From assembly GCA_963700925.1 (NCBI GenBank), contig OY969553.1, positions 4,444,710 through 4,508,709 of the forward strand: a stretch of DNA of 64,000 nucleotides, written 5' to 3'. This DNA comes from an uncultured Actinomycetota bacterium (GTDB taxonomy: Bacteria; Actinomycetota; Actinomycetes; Actinomycetales; CAWJMD01). Positions 36,305 to 45,324 of this stretch are shown here, in pieces (the stretch's first letter is position 1; the number at the start of each line of letters is the position of its first letter). Position numbers and translations under genes: made by a program. The notes under the pieces are model-generated. The model was given only the letters and a program-made list of their open reading frames with translations, searched no databases and was not told where the DNA came from.

Positions 36305-36967
36305 TCAGTCGCTGCCGACCCAGGTGGCCACGTGGACCTCGTTGCCCTCAGCGTCGGCCAGGACCCACCACATCGGCGCGCGCTCGTCGCTGACAAGAGT
36401 TCCCCCGGCGGCGATCGCCGCCGCGACGCGCGCCTCGGCCTGGTCGTGCGGGACGGCGATCTCGACATGGATGCGGTTGCGTTGCAGACGCGCTGCGTCC
36501 ATATCCTGGAACCAGAACGACGGCCCGTGGCGCCAGGGGTCCATCAGTTCCTCCTCGACCCCCTCGTCCTGGTAGCCCAGCACCGTCCGCCAGAACGGGA
36601 TGACGTCGGACCCGACAAGCGCATCGATCGTGACGTTGAGCTCCTGGACGGCGGTCGGGTCGGCTGAGGCGTCCAACTCGCGTGCTGCAGTGGAGATCTG
36701 CCGGGCCACCTGGACGTCACGCGCGCTGAGGCCGCTGCCGACGTGGTGCGTCTTGAGCCGGACGGTCACGCTCGAGTTCCGCAGGTCGATCTCGGCGTGG
36801 TGGTGCGCCGCATCGGCCAGCCTGCCGACCTCGCCCGCCAGGGCCACGCCGTTCGCGAACGAGCCGGTGCGGAAGTGTGCGCAGACACCGTTGAAGAACA
36901 CCAGGAACCGCCAGTCCTCGACACCGGCTGCATCGTGGAACTGGGCGGGCGTGATCTGCTCGGTCAT
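36305..36967 (-). CDS. Pterin-4a-carbinolamine dehydratase-like / VOC (glyoxalase-like) fusion protein
   Basis: ATG at 36967 preceded by AGGAGG. The N-terminal half (AAHHHAEIDLRNSSVTVRLKTHHVGSGLSARD) is PCD-like. The C-terminal half (FWFQDMD...IHVEIAVPHDQAE) is glyoxalase-like. Confidence 0.65.
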   Translation of the reverse strand: MTEQITPAQFHDAAGVEDWRFLVFFNGVCAHFRTGSFANGVALAGEVGRLADAAHHHAEIDLRNSSVTVRLKTHHVGSGLSARDVQVARQISTAARELDASADPTAVQELNVTIDALVGSDVIPFWRTVLGYQDEGVEEELMDPWRHGPSFWFQDMDAARLQRNRIHVEIAVPHDQAEARVAAAIAAGGTLVSDERAPMWWVLADAEGNEVHVATWVGSD

Positions 36968-37083
36968 GCCTGGCCTCCTGACTCTGGGCAGCGACCGAGC
37001 ATCCCACTCAGCCGGGACCCGATGGCGGACGGAGCCACCGCCTTGGGGCGGACTCGGGCCCGGACAGAGGCCTACGGTGGTAG

Positions 37084-37118
37084 CGTTTGAGCGGTTGCTC
37101 AAGTAGTCCGCTCAAACG
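37084..37118. promoter_or_regulatory. Perfect 11-bp inverted repeat, probable TetR operator
   Basis: CGTTTGAGCGG (37084-37094), 13 nt, then CCGCTCAAACG (37108-37118). It lies between the divergent PCD-VOC and tetR genes, 12-18 nt upstream of the tetR start. Confidence 0.5.
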
Positions 37119-37129
37119 ACTCGCCGGAG

Positions 37130-37789
37130 GTGCTCGTGGCCAAGTCCGGTCCACGGCGTGCGGCGACATCGGAAGACCAGAAGGAGCGGTCAGCCGAGAC
37201 GCGGGCCGCACTCGTCGGGGGAGCGATCGACGCGCTGCGTCACGTCGGGTTCGCCGGCGCGAGCGCGCGCGAGATCGCACGCCGCGCCGACTGCAACCAA
37301 GCGTTGGTCTTCTACCACTTCGGCTCGGTCACCGAGCTGCTGCTCGCCGCCCTGGACGACGTCAGCGCCCGACGCCTCGCGGCCTACGCGGATGTCGTCG
37401 ACCGGGCCACCACCCTCACGGACCTGATCGACTCTGCCCGAGTGATTTTCGCCGAGGACCTCGACGCCGGACATGTCGCGGTGCTCGTGGAGATGATCAC
37501 CGGCGCTCAGCCGACGCCCGGGCTCGGCGAGCAGGTGGCTGCCCGACTGGCACCATGGCGCGACTTCGCCGAGTCGGCGGTGCGCAAGGCCGTGGCGGGG
37601 TCTCCGATCGCCGGGCTGCTGCCCCCCAAGGAGCTCGCGCACGGTGTCGTGGCCGGGTTCCTCGGCCTGGAGCTGTTGGCGACCCTCGACGGCGATCGCA
37701 CCGCGGCCCTCCAGCTGTTCGACCGCGCGCGCATGGTCGCGGGCCTTCTGGACCTCACCGGTGGCGCGCTCCGTTTCGGCGCGCGGTGA
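37130..37789 (+). CDS. TetR family transcriptional regulator
   Basis: Sequence: TRAALVGGAIDALRHVGFAGASAREIARRADCNQALVFYHFGS. The start is GTG 37130 or GTG 37136. Confidence 0.9.
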   Translation: MLVAKSGPRRAATSEDQKERSAETRAALVGGAIDALRHVGFAGASAREIARRADCNQALVFYHFGSVTELLLAALDDVSARRLAAYADVVDRATTLTDLIDSARVIFAEDLDAGHVAVLVEMITGAQPTPGLGEQVAARLAPWRDFAESAVRKAVAGSPIAGLLPPKELAHGVVAGFLGLELLATLDGDRTAALQLFDRARMVAGLLDLTGGALRFGAR

Positions 37790-38211
37790 GGGGGACAACG
37801 GCCGGAGCCGGAAGCCTGTCGCGGGCTGCGTGGGTGGCGCTCGGTGTCGCGGTGCTCTGGAGTCTGGCGCTACTCGTCGCCTCCACCCTGGCGCCCGCCT
37901 ATCAGTCGACCACAGAGACGGACTCCGGCACGGTCACCCCTGGATCAGCGACGCTCGTCGGCGAGAACGGCTGGGGGGTCTTGGTGGTGATGGCAGTGCC
38001 GCTGATCGTGACCGTCGTCGTCGGCTTCGCGCTCTGGCGTCGCGGAGCGGGTCGCGCCGCGGGAGTGATCGCGTGGACGCTCACCGGGTTGCTCGCCGGT
38101 CTCAACCTCCTCGCGATGCTGACCGTCGGACTGTTCATGCTGCCCGTCACGGTGTGCCTCGTCGTTGCCTGCGCCCTGCGCCGGCCCGACCTCAGGGCGA
38201 CGACGCCGTAG
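37786..38211 (+). CDS. Hypothetical membrane protein (141 aa)
   Basis: GTGA overlap with tetR. It has 4 predicted transmembrane stretches (AAWVALGVAVLWSLALLVA, WGVLVVMAVPLIVTVVVGFAL, and others). Confidence 0.5.
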   Translation: MRGTTAGAGSLSRAAWVALGVAVLWSLALLVASTLAPAYQSTTETDSGTVTPGSATLVGENGWGVLVVMAVPLIVTVVVGFALWRRGAGRAAGVIAWTLTGLLAGLNLLAMLTVGLFMLPVTVCLVVACALRRPDLRATTP

Positions 38212-38334
38212 CCGGCTCTTGACCCTCTCCTTGGGGGAGACTTCAGCCTGTGAGGAGGCACGGGTGGTGACGCGGTTGATGCCGATCGACGTCCGGCCGG
38301 GGCCGTCGTCCGCACTCACGGATCGCCGTGCACC

Positions 38335-39321
38335 GTGATCATCGGGAACGTGTCGACCGCCGCAGGGCAGCACTGTGAGACCAGCACGCTCGGGGTGCTG
38401 CTCCGACACGAGGGCATCGACCTGACCGAGCCCATGCGGTTCGGCCTCGGCGAGGGCCTGGGCTTCATCTACTGGGACGCAAAGAACCTGGACTTCCCGA
38501 TCCTCGGTGGCCGCACCAAGCCGATGGCGATCACCCGAACCCTGGCGGCCAGACTGGGCCTGACGATGCGTGCCGAGGAGACGACGTCGGTGCGCAAGGC
38601 CTGGGCCAGTGTCGCGGCCGCCATCGACGCCGGGCGTCCGGTCGGCCTGCAGCTCGACTCCTACCACTTGGAGTACTTCACCGCGAAGATCCACTTCGGC
38701 GGCCACGTCGTCGCGATGTACGGGTACGACGACGACAACGCCTACCTGGTCGACACCGCTCAGCAGGGAGGCGCCGTGACGACCACCCGGGCGAGCCTCG
38801 AGCTCGCCCGCGACGAACGCGGGCCGATGACGGCCAGGAACCTCTCCTTCACCATCGTGCGCGCTGAAGACAGCCCGACGATGGACGATGTCGTCTGCGG
38901 GTCCATCCGAAGCAACGCACATGACTTCCTGAACCCGCCCATCGCCAACCTCGGACACCGCGGCATCCGCAAAGCGGCCATGCAGGTGCCGAAGTGGTTC
39001 TCCCGCAGCGCCGACCCGGGCCGCGACCTCGCGCTGGCCGCCTCGCTGATGGAACGCGGCGGAACCGGCGGCGCCCTGTTCCGCGCCATGTACCGCGACT
39101 TCCTCGCCGAGTGCACCACGATCGTCGACGACGAGAACCTCCGTCGCGGGCACCAGATGTACCGCGAGATAGCTCCCCTGTGGACCGAGGTCTCCCACCA
39201 GATCGCCGACGCCGCTGAGACCGCCGACGGCCGCCACCTGGCCGACGCCTCGGCAGTGCTGCTCGACCTGGCAGACCGCGAGGAGGCCGCCATGCGGACG
39301 CTTGCCGACGTCGGCAGGTGA
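38335..39321 (+). CDS. BtrH N-terminal domain / DUF4872 protein
   Basis: Sequence: GQHCETSTLGVLLRHEGIDLTEPMRFGLGEGLGFIYW...HVVAMYGYDDDNAYLVDT, a papain-like Cys/His arrangement. Confidence 0.6.
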   Translation: MIIGNVSTAAGQHCETSTLGVLLRHEGIDLTEPMRFGLGEGLGFIYWDAKNLDFPILGGRTKPMAITRTLAARLGLTMRAEETTSVRKAWASVAAAIDAGRPVGLQLDSYHLEYFTAKIHFGGHVVAMYGYDDDNAYLVDTAQQGGAVTTTRASLELARDERGPMTARNLSFTIVRAEDSPTMDDVVCGSIRSNAHDFLNPPIANLGHRGIRKAAMQVPKWFSRSADPGRDLALAASLMERGGTGGALFRAMYRDFLAECTTIVDDENLRRGHQMYREIAPLWTEVSHQIADAAETADGRHLADASAVLLDLADREEAAMRTLADVGR

Positions 39322-39340
39322 TCCAGCGCGACGTGGCACC

Positions 39341-39799
39341 ATGACGCAGGTGACCAGCGCACCTGCCGGGGAGCAGCGTTTGCGGGATCTGGCGCGGCTA
39401 CGCCGAGTCCGCGACCGGATCGACAGGGAGTACGCACAGCCGCTGGACGTCGAGGCGCTCGCCCGAGGCGCGCACATGTCGTCCGGACACCTCAGCCGCG
39501 AGTTCCGGCTGGCCTACGGTGAGTCGCCGTACTCCTATCTGATGACGCGACGCATCGAGCGGGCCATGGCGCTGCTGCGCCGGGGCGACCTCAGCGTCAC
39601 GGACGTCTGCTTCGCGGTCGGCTGCTCGTCGCTTGGCACCTTCAGCACTCGCTTCACCGAGCTGGTCGGCGTGCCGCCCAGCACCTATCGGCAGCAGTCG
39701 GCGCGCGAGATGGCGGGGCTGCCGCCGTGCGTCGCGAAGAAGGTGACCAGACCGATCAGGAATCGAGAAGCACGGGTCTCGGAGCCGCGCCTAGCCTGA
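39341..39799 (+). CDS. AraC-type HTH transcriptional regulator (short)
   Basis: Sequence: LDVEALARGAHMSSGHLSREFRLAYGESPYSYLMTRRIERAMALLR...FSTRFTELVGVPPSTY. Confidence 0.8.
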   Translation: MTQVTSAPAGEQRLRDLARLRRVRDRIDREYAQPLDVEALARGAHMSSGHLSREFRLAYGESPYSYLMTRRIERAMALLRRGDLSVTDVCFAVGCSSLGTFSTRFTELVGVPPSTYRQQSAREMAGLPPCVAKKVTRPIRNREARVSEPRLA

Positions 39800-39804
39800 C
39801 CGCC

Positions 39805-40215
39805 ATGGACCTCACCATTCACCAGGCCTTCCTCCCGCACGACGACCCCAAGGCCTCGCTGGCCTTCTACCGCGACACCCTCGGCTTCGAGGTGCGCAAC
39901 GACGTCGAATACCAAGGGATGCACTGGATCACGGTCGGCCCTGTCAGCCAGCCCGACACGTCCATCGTCCTGCACCCGCTCGACGCCGACCCCGGCATCA
40001 CGGACGACGAGCGCCGCACCGTCGCCGAGATGATGGCCAAGGGCACCTTCGCCGGCATCAACCTCGCGACTCGCGACATCGACGCGACGTTCACGCAGCT
40101 GCAGGCCGGCGACGCCGAGGTCGTCCAAGAGCCGACCGACCAGCCATGGGGCGTCCGCGACTGCGCATTTCGCGATCCCGCTGGGAACATGATCCGCATC
40201 TTCGAGGTGAGCTGA
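39805..40215 (+). CDS. VOC family (glyoxalase/bleomycin-resistance) protein
   Basis: Sequence: SLAFYRDTLGFEVRND...WGVRDCAFRDPAGNMIRI. Confidence 0.8.
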   Translation: MDLTIHQAFLPHDDPKASLAFYRDTLGFEVRNDVEYQGMHWITVGPVSQPDTSIVLHPLDADPGITDDERRTVAEMMAKGTFAGINLATRDIDATFTQLQAGDAEVVQEPTDQPWGVRDCAFRDPAGNMIRIFEVS

Positions 40216-40271
40216 CGCTGAAGCCGGTCGGTGCCTCGGGCCTTCGTCGACGCACCCCGAGCGGCTGATCC

Positions 40272-41573
40272 GTGCCAGTACTTCGACGGCTCGTTCCACC
40301 CGCGTACCGGCCGGTGCTCGCGAACCGGGTGTTCCGGCGACTGATCCTCGGATTCGGTGTCTCGTACATCGGGGACGGGATGAGCTTCGTCGCCGTGGCG
40401 TGGCTCGCGATCGAGCTCGCGCCGCAGGCGACGGCGGGACTGTGGGTCGGCGGCGCGGTGGCGGCCTACACCTTGCCCGGCGTGGTCGGCGCACTGGTGC
40501 TCGGTCGCCGACTGCGCCGGGTGCCGCCCAGGCGACTCCTGTTGGCCGACAACGTCGTTCGCGCCGTGTTTCTCGGCGTGATTCCGCTCGCCTGGCTCTC
40601 CGGGCTGTTGACGCTGCCGCTCTACGTCGTCCTGCTCGCGGTCTCGTCGCTGCTGCACGCGTGGGGGAGTGCGGGCAAGTACACCCTCCTGGCCGAGCTG
40701 TTGCCGGGCGAGCAGCGGCTCGCCGCCAACAGCATCGTCACCACCCTCAACTTCGCCGGCACGATCGCCGGGCCGGCGATCGCGGGTGTGCTCGTGACGT
40801 ACATCAGCGCGGCGCTCGTGCTCGGCCTGGACGCGCTCACCTACGCGTTCCTCGCCGTGCTCGTCGCACGGATGCACCTTCCGGCGTCGGGGCACGTCTC
40901 GATCGTCGACGAGACGGCCGCTCGCGGCGGGCTCGCGCTGCTGCGCTCGCATCCCGAGCTGCTCGGGCTATTGACGCTCACCTGGTTCTTCAACCTGCTC
41001 TACGGACCGGTCGAGGTCGCGCTGCCGCTGCACGTGACCGATGACCTGCATGCACAGGGCACCTTGCTCGGCCTCTACTGGATGCTGTTCGGCATCGGCG
41101 CGGTGCTCGGGGGGCTCGCGGTCGGTGCGCTGCGGCAGCTGCCGCTCTGGCCGGTGACCGTCGTCATCGTGGTGGCCTGGGGGCTGGCGCTGCTGCCCTT
41201 CGGGTTCAGCGTGCCGACGCCCGTCACCGTTGCGTGCTTCACGCTCGGGGGAGCGATCTACGGACCGTTCGTCGCGCTGTCCGTCACGCTGATGCAGGCG
41301 AAGTCGCCACCTCAGCACCTGGCCGCGATGCTCGCAGCCCGCAGCGCGGTACTGCTCACGGCTTCCCCTCTCGGCACCGCGCTCGGGGGACCGCTCACCA
41401 CGGCCCTGGGCCCGCGCGCGACGCTCGGTGGCTCAGGGCTCGCCACCGTGGCGCTCGGGGTGGTGGCCTGCGTGCTGCTGCTGGCCCGGCGCAGGAGCAC
41501 TTCGCAGGCTCCGGGCGAAGAAGTGCCGAACCGAGCAGGAATCGAGAAGCGCCGGCCACCGAGAGGCCCCTAA
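40272..41573 (+). CDS. MFS transporter
   Basis: 433 aa with about 12 transmembrane segments. N-terminus: FRRLILGFGVSYIGDGMSFVAVAWL. Confidence 0.85.
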   Translation: MPVLRRLVPPAYRPVLANRVFRRLILGFGVSYIGDGMSFVAVAWLAIELAPQATAGLWVGGAVAAYTLPGVVGALVLGRRLRRVPPRRLLLADNVVRAVFLGVIPLAWLSGLLTLPLYVVLLAVSSLLHAWGSAGKYTLLAELLPGEQRLAANSIVTTLNFAGTIAGPAIAGVLVTYISAALVLGLDALTYAFLAVLVARMHLPASGHVSIVDETAARGGLALLRSHPELLGLLTLTWFFNLLYGPVEVALPLHVTDDLHAQGTLLGLYWMLFGIGAVLGGLAVGALRQLPLWPVTVVIVVAWGLALLPFGFSVPTPVTVACFTLGGAIYGPFVALSVTLMQAKSPPQHLAAMLAARSAVLLTASPLGTALGGPLTTALGPRATLGGSGLATVALGVVACVLLLARRRSTSQAPGEEVPNRAGIEKRRPPRGP

Positions 41574-41691
41574 CGTGAGCGGCATGAACTCACCAAATGA
41601 GTCGCCTTTCAGGAGATCGGGCGGTCCGATTTCCCGGTCCATTCTCTTTGACTCTTAGCCGCAGAATCACACCGAGCCGCCCATCACAGGA

Positions 41692-42357
41692 GTGACCATG
41701 ACCAGCTTTTCCGTCCAGGGAACCAAGAATGAGACCGCTGCAATGACGTCTATTGCATCCATCACCCTCGAGGTTGCCGACCCGACGGTTGCGGGTGCCT
41801 TCTACACCGCCGCCTTCGGTCTGGGAGCCAGGTTGGGCGTCCGCGCCTCCGAAGCACCGACGTCCGGCTTCCGCGGGTTCACGATGTCGCTCGTGGTGTC
41901 CCAGCCGAGCACGGTCGACAGCCTGCTCGGCAGCGCTCTCGACGGTGGCGCCACGGTGCTGAAGCCGGCCGAGAAGGGGTTCTGGGGCTACGGCGGCGTC
42001 GTGCGCGCGCCGGACGGGGCGATCTGGAAGGTCGCGACGTCGTCGATGAAGGAAACCGGCCCCGCCACACGGCAGATCGACAACGTCGTGCTGTTGCTGG
42101 GGGTCGCAGACGTCAAGGCGAGCAAGCGGTTCTACGTCGACCGAGGCCTGGCCGTCAAGAGAAGCTTCGGCGGGAAGTACGTCGAGTTCGACACCCCCGG
42201 GTCGCACATCAAGCTGGCGCTCTACGGGCGACGTGCCCTCGCCAAGGACGCCGGCGTTTCCTCGGACGGCACCGGATCGCACCGCATCGTCATCGGTAGC
42301 GAAGCCGGGCCGTTCACCGACCCCGACGAATTCACGTGGGAGCCTGCGTCGATCTGA
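41692..42357 (+). CDS. Two-domain VOC/glyoxalase family protein
   Basis: Sequence: ITLEVADPTVAGAFYTAAFGL...GYGGVVRAPDGAIWKV...VADVKASKRFYVDRGL. The true start may be ATG 41698 or ATG 41743. Confidence 0.65.
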   Translation: MTMTSFSVQGTKNETAAMTSIASITLEVADPTVAGAFYTAAFGLGARLGVRASEAPTSGFRGFTMSLVVSQPSTVDSLLGSALDGGATVLKPAEKGFWGYGGVVRAPDGAIWKVATSSMKETGPATRQIDNVVLLLGVADVKASKRFYVDRGLAVKRSFGGKYVEFDTPGSHIKLALYGRRALAKDAGVSSDGTGSHRIVIGSEAGPFTDPDEFTWEPASI

Positions 42358-42371
42358 CGCACACGGGTCTG

Positions 42372-43679
42372 CTAGACCCGGACCGGCTCGGCTGCTGCAG
42401 GCAATTCGTCCTGCGCGTTGAGACGGCCGGGCCGGATGAACGCCATGGCACACATGCCGAGCACGGTTGCAGCACCGGCCGCGATGAACATCGACGAATA
42501 GCCGTACGACGCCGCCAGGTACCCGGCGAGTGTGGGCGCGAGGACCGTGGCGATGTTCGCGATGAAGTGGGTGAAACCGCCGAAAGTCCCCGCGCGTGAT
42601 GGCGCAGTGTCAATGATGACGCTCCAGAACACCGCGTTGGGCAAGGAGTTCAGCGCGTTGCCCAACGCCATCAGCGACAGCACCGCGACCGGGCCGGACA
42701 CGAGGGGAATGCACAGGAAGCACGTGGCTGTGAGAGCCATGGAGCACACAGCCAGAGCGTTGCGGGCGATGCGCAGGTTGCCGGTGCGGCGGCGCAGGTA
42801 GTCCGAGATCCGTCCACCCAGGACGATCGTCACGCACGCGCCGACCCAGGGAATCATCCCCAGGTACCACAGCGATCCCAGCGAGAAGCCGAACTCGTCC
42901 TGCAGGTACTTGGGTACCCACGTCAGGATGGTGAAGTTGACGAACATGAAGGCGAAGTAGCCCACGGCGTTCAGCAACAACGTGCGACTGCGGAAGAACG
43001 CCGCGGCGGGCAGCGGTCGTGCGACAGCCTCGGGGCCCGACGAGGAGCGGATCAGCGCGAGCTCGTCGGCGGAGACCTTCGGGTGCTCCTCCGGCGTGTT
43101 CTGGAACAGCCGGTAGAACGCCACGAGCAGGAGCAGCCCAGCGACTCCGAGGACGATGAAGGTGATCCGCCAGTTGCCCGTCAGCGTCAGTAGCCCGACT
43201 GCGACAGGTGCTGTGAGCAGGGCGCCCAGGGGAGTGCTGAGCAGGCCGAGCGACACCGCGAAGCCACGCTCCTTCGGGGCGGCCCAGTCGGCCATCGAGC
43301 GGTTGATCGTCGAGTACGCGGGCCCCTCGGCAAAGCCGAACAGCACGCGCACCACTGCGAAGCCCCACAGCGCGGAGCCGAGCACTAGCCCGATCTCGCC
43401 GGCGAAGGCCGACGCGATCTCCAACACGGACCACGCTGCACCCGCCCACAGCCACACCCGGCGCGGTCCGAGCCGGTCGGCGCACCATCCACCCACCAGG
43501 GCGCCGAACATGTAGCCGTAGCCGAAGAATCCGAGCACTTCGCCCCAGGACTTCTTGTCGAAGTCGAACTCCCCGGTGATCGATTCCGCCGCGTACGAGA
43601 TGGCGCCCCGATCGATGTAGTTGATCAACGCCACCGCGACCAGCAATCCGAAGATCGCGTACCGGAACCTGCCCACCAT
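42372..43679 (-). CDS. MFS transporter (anion:cation symporter-like)
   Basis: Sequence: FRYAIFGLLVAVALINYIDRGAISYAAESI. The product is 435 aa. Confidence 0.85.
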   Translation of the reverse strand: MVGRFRYAIFGLLVAVALINYIDRGAISYAAESITGEFDFDKKSWGEVLGFFGYGYMFGALVGGWCADRLGPRRVWLWAGAAWSVLEIASAFAGEIGLVLGSALWGFAVVRVLFGFAEGPAYSTINRSMADWAAPKERGFAVSLGLLSTPLGALLTAPVAVGLLTLTGNWRITFIVLGVAGLLLLVAFYRLFQNTPEEHPKVSADELALIRSSSGPEAVARPLPAAAFFRSRTLLLNAVGYFAFMFVNFTILTWVPKYLQDEFGFSLGSLWYLGMIPWVGACVTIVLGGRISDYLRRRTGNLRIARNALAVCSMALTATCFLCIPLVSGPVAVLSLMALGNALNSLPNAVFWSVIIDTAPSRAGTFGGFTHFIANIATVLAPTLAGYLAASYGYSSMFIAAGAATVLGMCAMAFIRPGRLNAQDELPAAAEPVRV

Positions 43680-43713
43680 GTCACTCTCCCTTGCTTGGAG
43701 GAGGCAGACTATA

Positions 43714-43719
43714 TAAAGT
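43714..43719 (+). promoter_or_regulatory. Candidate -10 hexamer (TAAAGT) in an AT-rich patch, leaderless asparaginase mRNA
   Basis: The context ctatataaagtgcacagtATG places 7 nt between the hexamer and ATG 43727. Confidence 0.3.
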
Positions 43720-43726
43720 GCACAGT

Positions 43727-44686
43727 ATGGATTGCAACACCTTGGTGGCCGTGGCCTCGCTCGGGGGAACCATCGCGATGACGCCCTCAGACAACGGAGT
43801 GGTGCCGACCAAGGGCGCTGCCGACCTCGTCCAGGGCATGGCCGTCGGCGAGGTCGTCACGCTGGCGACCGTTCCGAGCGCGTCCCTGGCGTTCGACACG
43901 CTTCTGACCACGATCGACTGGGCGAGAACGCAGGTCGAGCAGGGTGCACGAGGCGTCGTGATCGTGCAGGGCACGGACACGCTGGAAGAGACCGCGTACT
44001 TCCTCGACTGCCTGTGGCCGTTCGACGCGCCCGTCGTGGTGACCGGAGCGATGCGGCATCCCGCGTTGCCCGGCGCGGACGGGCCAGCGAACCTCGCCGC
44101 CGCCGTCACTGTCGCCGGATCACCGAACAGCAGGGGTCGCGGTTCGCTGCTCGTCCTCAACGACGAGGTGCACGCTGCACGCTGGGTTCGCAAGGCTCAC
44201 TCCAGTGCCATGGACGCGTTCCAGTCCGCACCGGCCGGGCCGGTCGGCCTCGTCGCCGAGCAGCAGGTCCACTACTTCCACCCCGCTGCCGAACGCGCCG
44301 AGGCGTTGCCCCGCCCGTCGGCGCTGCCGCGGGTCGCGCTGCTGGAAGCCTCCTTGGGCGATGACGGCTGGCTCCTCGGCGGGCTGGAGGTCGACGGCGC
44401 CGTGGTGGCGGCGACGGGCGCCGGCCACGTGTCCGAAGGGATGGCGGACGCGATCGCCGCCGCGCCGTTCCCCGTGGTGGTCGCCAGCAGGACGGGGGCG
44501 GGCACGACGTTCCGCCGCACCTACGGTTACCGCGGTTCGGAGTCCGACCTGATCGCGCGAGGTGCTTTGATGGCCGGGTGGTTGTGCCCGCGCAAGGCGC
44601 GGATCCTGCTGACTCTGCTGCTCGGAGCCAACGCGAGCGAGGAGCAGATGGCGCGAGAGTTCGAGAGGCGCGGGAGCGTGTGGTGA
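43727..44686 (+). CDS. L-asparaginase
   Basis: Sequence: VAVASLGGTIAM (catalytic Thr motif)...VVIVQGTDTLEETAYFLD. The ORF track starts earlier, at TTG 43691. Confidence 0.85.
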   Translation: MDCNTLVAVASLGGTIAMTPSDNGVVPTKGAADLVQGMAVGEVVTLATVPSASLAFDTLLTTIDWARTQVEQGARGVVIVQGTDTLEETAYFLDCLWPFDAPVVVTGAMRHPALPGADGPANLAAAVTVAGSPNSRGRGSLLVLNDEVHAARWVRKAHSSAMDAFQSAPAGPVGLVAEQQVHYFHPAAERAEALPRPSALPRVALLEASLGDDGWLLGGLEVDGAVVAATGAGHVSEGMADAIAAAPFPVVVASRTGAGTTFRRTYGYRGSESDLIARGALMAGWLCPRKARILLTLLLGANASEEQMAREFERRGSVW

Positions 44687-45321
44687 GAGCGAAGACGAAC
44701 TACGAGTTCGTCCGGCAGACACTGCGGTCGGAGATCATCGAGGGCGTCATCGAACCCGGCTCGCGACTGCTGCAGACCGAGGTGGCGAAACGCCTCGACG
44801 TCTCCACGACACCGGTGCGCGAGGCGTTGCAGGACCTGGCTCGTGAGGGACTCGTGCTGCTCGACCCGCACCGAGGAGCCGTCGTCCGGACGCTGAGCCT
44901 CACCGAGGTGCGGGAGATCTACGAGCTGCGGATGGTGTTGGAACCCATGCTGCTCAGGAAGGCCGTGTCCGAGCTGGACAGCAACGACCTCGACCACGCA
45001 CGGCAGTTGTACGAACGGATGGAGACCGAGCAGGACGTCTCCCGGTGGGCCGAGATGAACGGCGAGTTCCACCACACGCTCTTCGCCCCTGCTGACGGCA
45101 CGCGGCTCGGCGACATCGTGGCTTCGTTGCGAGACAGCGCGATTCCGTACGTGGCGCTGTCCCTCGCCAAGCCCGATCTGCGAGCGAACAGCAACGCCGA
45201 GCACGCCGAGCTGCTTGCGCATCTGCGCGACGGAGATCTCGACGCCGCCGAACGACTCACCCGCGATCACCTCGGCGCCACGATCCGCGCCATCGAGGAG
45301 TCTCACTCGTCGTTGCCATGA
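44683..45321 (+). CDS. GntR family regulator (FadR/FCD subfamily)
   Basis: GTGA overlap with the asparaginase gene. Sequence: LLQTEVAKRLDVSTTPVREALQDLAREGLVLL, followed by an FCD domain. Confidence 0.85.
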   Translation: MRAKTNYEFVRQTLRSEIIEGVIEPGSRLLQTEVAKRLDVSTTPVREALQDLAREGLVLLDPHRGAVVRTLSLTEVREIYELRMVLEPMLLRKAVSELDSNDLDHARQLYERMETEQDVSRWAEMNGEFHHTLFAPADGTRLGDIVASLRDSAIPYVALSLAKPDLRANSNAEHAELLAHLRDGDLDAAERLTRDHLGATIRAIEESHSSLP

Positions 45322-45324
45322 CGG

